Of a stretch of 32,000 bases of DNA, positions 25,688-32,000 are shown one piece after another. The stretch covers positions 77,434-109,433 of the forward strand of contig NZ_CP102271.1 in NCBI RefSeq assembly GCF_025148785.1, in the 5' to 3' direction. The stretch comes from Catenibacterium mitsuokai. Its GTDB lineage: Bacteria > Bacillota_I > Bacilli_A > Erysipelotrichales > Coprobacillaceae. The position numbers and the translations under genes are program-made. Below the pieces are notes generated by a model. That model was not told where the DNA came from and searched no databases. It was given only the letters and a program-made list of their open reading frames with translations. Position 1 is the stretch's first letter, and each line of letters begins with the position of its first letter.

Positions 25688-25695
25688 TCTAAAAT
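25688..25695. repeat. Target-site duplication (left copy), TCTAAAAT
   Basis: Identical 8-mer directly abutting both ISL3 ends. Confidence 0.75.
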
Positions 25696-27340
25696 GAACC
25701 TTTAATTTTTAAGGGGGGTCAATAAAAAACTCGCTTTAAATATTTGGGGGTTTCCACTTGTAAAGGGCAGTCAGAAATGACTGCCCTTTAGTGCGCTCAT
25801 ATTACTTCTATTTAAATGTTTTATTAGTTCTTTTTCTTATAAGATCCTCTCTTTTTTCCTTCTCTTTTGATTGTTTCATCAATAGCGTAAGAGGAAGGAT
25901 TAGAGGATTTATTAAGAGAGTACATTAGTCTATTTCTCATTCTTGCAAAGTTCTGATATCCACATGCATTTGAAAGTATCTTATCTATTCTGGAGTTGAT
26001 TCCTTCTACTGGTCCATTAGATATTCTTCGACCATATACTAAATTAAATGATGCGCATATTTCATCGAACCAGTTTATAAGCGTTCCAGATAATGATATG
26101 TAGCCAGTAATTCCTGATGATGCATATTCTTGAATTATTCTTGAAAGCCATTCTCTGCAGTTGCCAGATGTTGCATAATGATTAAAGGCTATATACTGTT
26201 CCTTTAGATTATATGCTTCTGTTAGTTCATCATCTATGCCCAGGATTATTTCAAGCAGTTGATGATAGTCTATATATCTTTTAAGCTTTTTGTTGTATCT
26301 TGCCTTGTTGAACGGAATATCATTGTAGTTTTTCAATATAAGGAAGTGAAACTTTTTGAGAAGATAATATTCAGTACTGTCTTTTTGGTATCTTTTGCCT
26401 ACTTTAATTCTGATATCATCTAATATTTTGTTGATATTTTTTATGACATGAAATGAATCGCATAACAATACTGCCCCAGGAAAGTATTGATTTCTTACAA
26501 ATCTGTACGTCTCATACATATCAATAGAGATATATTTGACTTTAGCGAGTTCTTTTTTATCGATTATCTGAGTATAACTTGACCATGCCTTCTTGGTTCT
26601 TCCATCAATGATATCTACAATTTCCATGGTCTTAAAATTAAGAATAACACACATATATTTGTTTTGTCCTTTATGTCTCCAGTGCTTCTCATCAATGCAT
26701 ATAATCTCAGGTAAAGGTTGTCTACGTATCTGGCCATACTTATCGAATATTTCAACGACTTTAGTAGGACTTGTGTTAAAAAATCTAGCAACCAGTGAAA
26801 AAGTAGTTGTAGGTTCTTTAAGTTTATTCATGATTTCCAGTTCTGATGTTTGAGATAATCTACTATGACTTTTTTCTGTAAATGGATTTCCTTCTGTCAC
26901 TACCTTATTACATTGGGGACATACTAATCTTCTCTTTTTAAGTATTAGAGAAGTGTTCTTGCCTCTTATCATGTTATGCATGACTTTACATTTTCTATAG
27001 TCCTTAATATTCATTCTGCTGCCGCATTCTGGACAGGAGATAATGGTTCTCTTAAGCGTGATACAATAAATCACTTCTTTTTTATTAATTTCAATCGTAT
27101 GAGACTGTACAAAGGATTCATAATCCCCTAAAATAATTTTTAGATCATTATTCAATTTGTGATCTCCTTTCGCTTTGATTTAATATGAGCAAATTAATGA
27201 TACAGCGAAAGGTTTTTAATTACACAAAAATACCTAAAAAAGTGGGAGCCTTAGGTGACCCCCACAGATTTAAAGGTGCTGTTTCCAAGACCCCCAAATA
27301 TTTAGAGCGATGGTCTGACCCCCACAAAAATTAAAGACCC
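25696..27340 (-). mobile_element. ISL3-family insertion sequence (1645 bp)
   Basis: Imperfect terminal inverted repeats of about 55-60 bp share the blocks CTTTAATTTTT..GGGGGTCA and CGCT(T/C)TAAATATTTGGGGGT. There is a single transposase ORF and an 8-bp direct repeat at the ends. Confidence 0.85.
25824..27155 (-). CDS. ISL3-family transposase
   Basis: N-terminal zinc-finger (CPECG...CPQC) and a DDE_Tnp_ISL3-like core (IDEKHW..., DMYETY, NGPVEGINSRIK-type motif). Confidence 0.9.
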   Translation of the reverse strand: MNNDLKIILGDYESFVQSHTIEINKKEVIYCITLKRTIISCPECGSRMNIKDYRKCKVMHNMIRGKNTSLILKKRRLVCPQCNKVVTEGNPFTEKSHSRLSQTSELEIMNKLKEPTTTFSLVARFFNTSPTKVVEIFDKYGQIRRQPLPEIICIDEKHWRHKGQNKYMCVILNFKTMEIVDIIDGRTKKAWSSYTQIIDKKELAKVKYISIDMYETYRFVRNQYFPGAVLLCDSFHVIKNINKILDDIRIKVGKRYQKDSTEYYLLKKFHFLILKNYNDIPFNKARYNKKLKRYIDYHQLLEIILGIDDELTEAYNLKEQYIAFNHYATSGNCREWLSRIIQEYASSGITGYISLSGTLINWFDEICASFNLVYGRRISNGPVEGINSRIDKILSNACGYQNFARMRNRLMYSLNKSSNPSSYAIDETIKREGKKRGSYKKKN

Positions 27341-27348
27341 TCTAAAAT
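27341..27348. repeat. Target-site duplication (right copy), TCTAAAAT
   Basis: Identical to 25688-25695. Confidence 0.75.
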
Positions 27349-27381
27349 AGTATATTATTAAAGATAAGGAAGGGTAAGACG

Positions 27382-28293
27382 ATGAAAAGATTATTATGCT
27401 TATTATTATGTAGTATATTGTTTGTGGCATGCGGTACTACAAAAGAGACAAAAAAGAAAGACACGGCAGTGGTAGAGAAGCAAAAGAAAAAGAAAGAGGA
27501 AAATAAGAAGTTAGAGGAACAAAAGAAAAAGGAAGAAGAAGCTAAGAAACTAGAAGAACAGAAGAAGTTAGAAGAACAGAAAAAACTAGAGGAACAGAAG
27601 AAAGCTGAGGAAGCTAAAAGACAGGAAGAATTAAAAAGACAACAGGCATCTGTTGCGACAAATAATAATGTGGTAGCCATTGATGCAGGACATCAAGCAA
27701 GAGGTAATTCACAATTGGAACCGATTGGTCCTGGTGCTTCAACACAAAAGGCTAAGGTTGCAGGAGGAGCAACAGGTACTGCGACACGTATTCCTGAATA
27801 CCAGACAACGCTTAATGTTAGCTTAAAACTAAGAAATGTATTACAGTCTAGAGGGTATAAGGTTGTTATGATCCGTACAACCAATAATGTGAATATCTCT
27901 AATAGAGAAAGAGCTGAAATGGCTAATAACGCAGGAGCAGGTGCTTTTATTAGATTACATTGTGATGGTATTGGTAATAGCGGTGTGACTGGTGCAAGTG
28001 TACAGGAACCAGCTAATGGAAATCCTTATATGAGTGCAGGTAATGTGTCTGCTTCACAATCTTTAGGAAGAACAGTACTTAATCACTATTGCAGTACTAC
28101 AGGTATTAGAAATAGAGGAATGGCTGCACGTAATGACTTAAGTGGAATCAACTGGTGTAAGACACCTGTATGCTTACTTGAAATGGGATTCATTTCTAAT
28201 GGTGATGAAGACAGAAAGTTAAACAACAGTGATTTCCAACAGAGAATTGCGGAAGGTATTGCGAATGGTATTGATGCATATTTTGGTCGATAA
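27382..28293 (+). CDS. N-acetylmuramoyl-L-alanine amidase (Amidase_3), lipoprotein with a K/E-rich linker
   Basis: Lipobox LFVACG. Amidase_3 motifs AIDAGHQ, ...RLHCDG... and LLEMGFISN. Confidence 0.85.
   Translation: MKRLLCLLLCSILFVACGTTKETKKKDTAVVEKQKKKKEENKKLEEQKKKEEEAKKLEEQKKLEEQKKLEEQKKAEEAKRQEELKRQQASVATNNNVVAIDAGHQARGNSQLEPIGPGASTQKAKVAGGATGTATRIPEYQTTLNVSLKLRNVLQSRGYKVVMIRTTNNVNISNRERAEMANNAGAGAFIRLHCDGIGNSGVTGASVQEPANGNPYMSAGNVSASQSLGRTVLNHYCSTTGIRNRGMAARNDLSGINWCKTPVCLLEMGFISNGDEDRKLNNSDFQQRIAEGIANGIDAYFGR
27505..27645 (+). repeat. Imperfect 18-bp tandem repeats encoding (KKLEEQ)n-like low-complexity linker
   Basis: The units are aagaagttagaggaacaa, aagaaactagaagaacag, aagaagttagaagaacag, aaaaaactagaggaacag and aagaaagctgaggaagct. 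One extra codon (GAA/Glu) is embedded in the aaaaaggaagaagaagct unit. Confidence 0.7.
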
Positions 28294-28336
28294 TAATTGC
28301 ATTTATGCCTATTAACTGTTTATAATGTCTCTTGAT

Positions 28337-28361
28337 AAGGTTATCCTTAGAGGATAACCTT
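28337..28361 (+). terminator. Hairpin after the amidase gene (weak terminator, or a leader structure of ttcA)
   Basis: AAGGTTATCC-ttaga-GGATAACCTT, a 10-bp stem. The downstream T-tract is poor (gaatttta). Confidence 0.4.
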
Positions 28362-28411
28362 GAATTTTAGAGTATATTCCTATGCATTTAGTAGGAACTA
28401 GAGGTGAAACA

Positions 28412-29251
28412 ATGGATAACATTAAAGCGATAGAACGTAGTATTATTACAAACTTTAGAAAACCTTTATGGCGTAGATTTATTAAGGGTATTCAGGATTA
28501 TGAATTGATTGAACCTGGTGATAAGATTGCGGTATGTATTTCAGGTGGAAAGGATTCAATGCTTCTTGCAAAGTTATTACAGGAATTACAGAGACATGGT
28601 AAGTTTCATTTTGATTTAGAGTTCATCTGTATGGATCCAGGCTATAATCCTGCCAATAGAAAACTGATTGAAGAGAATGCAGAAAAGCTAGGTATTCCTA
28701 TTCAGTTCTATGAGTCAGATATATTCAATGTCGTACATGGAATAGAAAAGAATCCATGTTATTTATGTGCAAGAATGCGCAGAGGGTTCTTATATAATAG
28801 AGCACAGGAATTAGGATGTAATAAGATTGCGTTAGGACATCATTATTCTGATGTCATAGAAACAATATTAATGGGTATGATGTATGGGGCTCAGATCCAG
28901 ACTATGATGCCTAAACTTCATAGTAAGAACTTTAAAGGTATGGAATTAATTCGCCCTATGTATTTGATTCATGAAGAAGATATTATTGCCTGGGCTGAGA
29001 AGTTTAATTTAAAGTTCTTACAGTGTGCATGTCGTTTTACAGAAGAATCTGAAGCGCGTGGAGAAATTGAACATACATCTAAACGTGCAGAAACTAAGAT
29101 GTTGATTAAGAAACTAAGAGAAATCAATCCTAAAGTAGAACAGAATATCTTTAAGAGTGTAGAGAATGTCAATCTTAAAACAATTATTGCCTATACTGAC
29201 TGGGATGAATCAAAGAAGAGTTTCTTAGATTTCTATAAGGAGCAGGACTAA
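28412..29251 (+). CDS. ttcA: PP-loop ATPase, tRNA 2-thiocytidine biosynthesis TtcA-like
   Basis: SGGKDS PP-loop, CYLCARMRRG and QCAC Cys motifs. The ATG at 28412 follows AGAGGTG. Confidence 0.75.
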   Translation: MDNIKAIERSIITNFRKPLWRRFIKGIQDYELIEPGDKIAVCISGGKDSMLLAKLLQELQRHGKFHFDLEFICMDPGYNPANRKLIEENAEKLGIPIQFYESDIFNVVHGIEKNPCYLCARMRRGFLYNRAQELGCNKIALGHHYSDVIETILMGMMYGAQIQTMMPKLHSKNFKGMELIRPMYLIHEEDIIAWAEKFNLKFLQCACRFTEESEARGEIEHTSKRAETKMLIKKLREINPKVEQNIFKSVENVNLKTIIAYTDWDESKKSFLDFYKEQD

Positions 29252-29934
29252 TGGATGATCAGTTTACAAGATTAAGATGGGTGGCAGGTAATGAGTCTAT
29301 TGATATCATGAAGACTAAACATGTTGCAGTGTTTGGTTGTGGTGGTGTTGGAGGCTATGTCATTGAAGGGTTGGTTCGCTCTGGTATAGGAACAATTGAT
29401 GTATTTGATCATGATACAGTGGATATCACAAATCTCAATAGACAGATAATTGCCTTACATTCTACAGTAGGTAAGAAAAAAGTAGATATTATTAAAGAAC
29501 GTATGTTAGATATTAATCCAAATTTAAATATAAATACGTTTGATACATTTTATTTACCAGAGAATGCTGATACAATAGATTTATCTCAATATGATTATGT
29601 AATTGATGCAATTGATACAGTAACTGCAAAGATAGAATTGATTAAGAGATGTACAGAATTGAATGTACCTATTATTTCTTCTATGGGTACAGGAAATAAA
29701 CTTGATCCTTCTCACTTACAGATTACTGATATCTATAAGACAAAGATTGATCCTCTTGCGAAAGTCATGAGAAGAGAATTAAAAGCAAGAAGAATTAAAA
29801 AGTGTTTAGTTGCTTATTCAGATGAGATTCCTGCAAAGACAGGACAGAGAACACCAGGTAGTAGTGTATTTGTGCCAGCGAGTGCAGGATTAATGATTGC
29901 AGGATATGTGTTTCAATCATTGATAGGAGGATAA
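29251..29934 (+). CDS. tcdA: tRNA threonylcarbamoyladenosine dehydratase (ThiF/E1-like, TcdA/CsdL)
   Basis: FGCGGVGG nucleotide-binding loop, D.D.V...NLNRQ motif, and a short E1-like fold without C-terminal domains. Confidence 0.8.
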   Translation: MDDQFTRLRWVAGNESIDIMKTKHVAVFGCGGVGGYVIEGLVRSGIGTIDVFDHDTVDITNLNRQIIALHSTVGKKKVDIIKERMLDINPNLNINTFDTFYLPENADTIDLSQYDYVIDAIDTVTAKIELIKRCTELNVPIISSMGTGNKLDPSHLQITDIYKTKIDPLAKVMRRELKARRIKKCLVAYSDEIPAKTGQRTPGSSVFVPASAGLMIAGYVFQSLIGG

Positions 29935-29938
29935 TAGT

Positions 29939-30487
29939 ATGGCTAAAGTTGCAGTTTTAATGGCAGATGGTTTTGAAGAAGTAGAAGCCTTAGGTGTAGT
30001 AGATATCTTAAGACGTGCAGAGGTGGATGTAGACACTGTTTCTATTAAAGAGGAGCAGGTTGTCATTTCTTCTAGAAACATTCCTGTACGTGCCGATAAG
30101 ACACTTACAGACATGGATTATTATGATATGATTGTGATTCCTGGAGGAGCAGGTGCATGGACCTTAAGAGATGATGATCGTATTATTTCACTCATTAAGA
30201 AATATGATCATGAAGAAAGATATATTGCCGCTATATGTGCAGGACCTATGGCTTTAGGTAAAGCAGGTGTAATCACTAATAAGAAAGTCACTTCTTATCC
30301 AGGAGAAGAAATTGAAAGCTATTTAAAAGCAGGTAAATATGTTGAAGAAGAAGTGGTTGTAGATGGTCATATTATTACAAGTAGAGGACCAGCCACAGCA
30401 TTTGCGTTTGCTTATAAGCTTTTAGATGTATTAGGTATTGATTCATCAAGCCTTAAGCATGGAATGTTATATGATTTATACAGATAG
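29939..30487 (+). CDS. DJ-1/PfpI-family protein
   Basis: Nucleophile-elbow motif AAICAGP, the EE(V/L)E...D pattern and ITSRGP. Confidence 0.85.
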   Translation: MAKVAVLMADGFEEVEALGVVDILRRAEVDVDTVSIKEEQVVISSRNIPVRADKTLTDMDYYDMIVIPGGAGAWTLRDDDRIISLIKKYDHEERYIAAICAGPMALGKAGVITNKKVTSYPGEEIESYLKAGKYVEEEVVVDGHIITSRGPATAFAFAYKLLDVLGIDSSSLKHGMLYDLYR

Positions 30488-30507
30488 CCTTTGTGCTATC
30501 TTTTTTT
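30482..30507 (+). terminator. Intrinsic terminator
   Basis: AGATAGC-ctttgt-GCTATCT followed by T7. Confidence 0.8.
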
Positions 30508-30513
30508 AATGCG

Positions 30514-30538
30514 AAAAAAAACGATCCCGAAGGATCGT
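30514..30538 (-). terminator. Intrinsic terminator of the tRNA transcript
   Basis: On the minus strand: ACGATCC-ttcg-GGATCGT followed by T7. Confidence 0.8.
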
Positions 30539-30549
30539 AGTATTTAATA

Positions 30550-30625
30550 TGGTGACCGGTACGGGATTCGAACCCGTGAATGCATGCGTGAAAGGCATGT
30601 GAGTTAACCGTTTCTCCAACCGGCC
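30550..30625 (-). tRNA. tRNA-Glu (anticodon UUC), CCA-encoded
   Basis: The reverse complement is GGCCGGTTGGAGAAACGGTTAACTCACATGCCTTTCACGCATGCATTCACGGGTTCGAATCCCGTACCGGTCACCA. It folds as a cloverleaf with anticodon loop CUUUCAC. It is close to tRNA-Glu of B. subtilis as I recall that sequence. Confidence 0.9.
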
Positions 30626-30635
30626 AGCGGAATTG

Positions 30636-30665
30636 AGTATATCATAGGAGAAACGAATACGTCAA
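30636..30665 (-). promoter_or_regulatory. Promoter of tRNA-Glu
   Basis: On the minus strand: TTGACG, 18-nt spacer, TGaTATACT extended -10. The predicted start is a few nt upstream of the mature 5' end. Confidence 0.55.
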
Positions 30666-30673
30666 TAGTTATT

Positions 30674-31072
30674 TTAATATTTTGATAAGGAAAATGCTGA
30701 AATTTTTTTGTCTTTAAAAGTAAATTTAATTTGTATATTCTTCTCTTTATATTTATAGGTTATTGTACCTTTTCCGTTATTGTAATGGTCAGAAGTAGGA
30801 GAAGAATAAGTATGCTTTACTCTAGAATAATCAGTTCCAACAGTAATATTATTCTTAAGTTTATACTTCTTAGTAAAGAGAGTGATTGTTTGGATTTTTC
30901 CATCCTTTTCTGAATATTGAATATTAGAATCAAATAAAGCATCTGACATCTTTGATGCACTCACACCAGGATAGAGCTCTTTATTTTTATAAATGATTGT
31001 ATAGTCTTTTATATCAGTTTGAGCACTACATGCACATAATAAGAGACATAGTAATAATAGTATCTTCTTCAT
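30674..31072 (-). CDS. Lipoprotein, unknown function
   Basis: Signal peptide MKKILLLLCLLLCAC (lipobox). AAGGAGGTATAC RBS. Confidence 0.7.
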   Translation of the reverse strand: MKKILLLLCLLLCACSAQTDIKDYTIIYKNKELYPGVSASKMSDALFDSNIQYSEKDGKIQTITLFTKKYKLKNNITVGTDYSRVKHTYSSPTSDHYNNGKGTITYKYKEKNIQIKFTFKDKKISAFSLSKY

Positions 31073-31173
31073 ATGTATACCTCCTTGTCTTTATATTAGA
31101 ACTTTAATAAGAAATTGCAAGAGAAGTTTGACAGGGAGTAACTACTGTTTAGCAGAGTAAAGAAATGTCAAAG

Positions 31174-31197
31174 AAAAAAGACTTCATTTGAAGTCTT
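31174..31197 (-). terminator. Intrinsic terminator
   Basis: On the minus strand: AAGACTTCA-aa-TGAAGTCTT followed by a T-run. It abuts the stop codon of the upstream gene. Confidence 0.75.
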
Positions 31198-32000
31198 TAA
31201 CGGATGTGGTGTTTTGATATCATCTTTTGGATGAATATAGGTATAATGCATTCTATTACAAATGAAGAAGCATAGAATGATACGATATGAATTTTTGTGA
31301 TAGGCATGATTAATGGGATAATCATCATCTTTATTGTAAAAATCATAATTACTTCTAGAAGAATCCATACAAATGTACCTAATATTAATGCGTTTTTCAA
31401 GTATGTGCGATAGAAGCTGTGATCTATTCTCTTAACTGTTAATCCCATGTTATAGAGATAATCTCTTGTCTGTTTTTCTTCTCTTAAAATGAGATACTTA
31501 AGGTAAAAATAGAAACCATACAATAATATAAAGACAACTGCAATGAATTCTATCAATACTTTCTGATTGTTATTGATAAGAGAATTGATTGCATCATTAT
31601 CTACAAATGCACCCTCTACTTTAAAACCTAATCTTTCTAATTCATTCTTTACTTGATTGATATTCTTAAGACTATCTACTCTTAATGTATAAGCATCTGG
31701 ACGCCATGGTGTTTTCATGATGATATCATCTACATCATTCATAGTATAATTTTCAGGAAGAACATTTTCAATTTTTACATAACCTTTTTCACTATGAGGA
31801 TCCTCTATATTATAAATAACAACACTTTCTTTGGCTTTAAAAGCTTCCATATATGGTGTAATACAGTCTCTAGGAATGTAAACATACGCATCTCCTGTGC
31901 CAACACTATTTGTGCTTATAGCTGTTCCTGATTTTAAAATTCCTCGTACAGGCAGGGTCATATAAACAAGTTTTACACAAGGTGTGTTGATATCGATCCA
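31197..32000 (-). CDS. ABC-transporter permease, FtsX-like (N-terminus outside the window)
   Basis: The frame stays open to the window edge (WIDINTPCVKLVYMTLPVRG...). A MacB-type extracytoplasmic segment (GDAYVYIP) is followed by three TM helices and a loop of the form R.E....L...G. Confidence 0.5.
   Translation of the reverse strand, partial: WIDINTPCVKLVYMTLPVRGILKSGTAISTNSVGTGDAYVYIPRDCITPYMEAFKAKESVVIYNIEDPHSEKGYVKIENVLPENYTMNDVDDIIMKTPWRPDAYTLRVDSLKNINQVKNELERLGFKVEGAFVDNDAINSLINNNQKVLIEFIAVVFILLYGFYFYLKYLILREEKQTRDYLYNMGLTVKRIDHSFYRTYLKNALILGTFVWILLEVIMIFTIKMMIIPLIMPITKIHIVSFYASSFVIECIIPIFIQKMISKHHIR

Noticed and set aside
27480-27650. Repeat tract considered as a CRISPR-like or minisatellite array
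   Set aside because: The units are 18 bp and contiguous without spacers, and they are in frame within a CDS. It is a coding low-complexity repeat, not a CRISPR array.
27342-27680. 112-aa minus-strand ORF (F/S/C-rich)
   Set aside because: It is the antisense reading of the purine-rich K/E repeat tract of the amidase gene. Its composition is an artefact, and it begins inside the amidase coding sequence.
31168-31368. 66-aa minus-strand ORF overlapping the 3' end of the permease gene
   Set aside because: It is out of frame within the longer FtsX-like ORF, has no RBS, and runs through the terminator hairpin.

Overview
Low-GC (about 35%) Bacillota-type chromosomal segment. It is mostly housekeeping and metal-homeostasis genes, interrupted by two insertion sequences. 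All calls come from reading the sequence and recognising motifs; no database search was possible.

Gene order, left to right:
- metQ (3' part), nitroreductase, GAF/free-Met-R-sulfoxide reductase, kptA.
- A FeoA-FeoB fusion, a hypothetical gene, a ZIP metal transporter, an Ig-like (Big_4-type) surface protein, a ROK-like regulator, an SDR, a UDG-family glycosylase and a small membrane protein.
- A yybP-ykoY Mn2+ riboswitch in front of a P2-type cation ATPase.
- A DtxR-family regulator transcribed divergently from a second feo operon: feoA-feoA-feoB, then a TM+HMA protein, then a Cys-rich FeoB-associated protein.
- A 38-aa rubredoxin that is absent from the ORF track.
- A 2.0-kb IS3-family element carrying an extra antisense ORF, then a lipoprotein.
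- An Arg(CGC) T-box leader in front of argG-argH-argC-argJ-argB.
- An ISL3 element with an 8-bp target duplication.
- A lipoprotein-type Amidase_3 with a K/E-rich repeat, then ttcA-like, tcdA and a DJ-1/PfpI gene.
- A stand-alone tRNA-Glu(UUC), a lipoprotein, and the 3' part of an FtsX-like permease.

The most interesting unexplained structure is a 117-bp gene-free interval between the ATPase terminator and the regulator's terminator. It has its own sigma-A-like promoter. A TTAG-N6-CTAA box sits at the predicted transcription start and is 13/14 identical to a box in the regulator/feo control region. The interval also has a perfect 10-bp inverted repeat, three anti-Shine-Dalgarno CCUU motifs and an intrinsic terminator. 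I read this as a candidate metal-responsive small RNA.

No CRISPR array, rRNA or recognisable defence system was seen.
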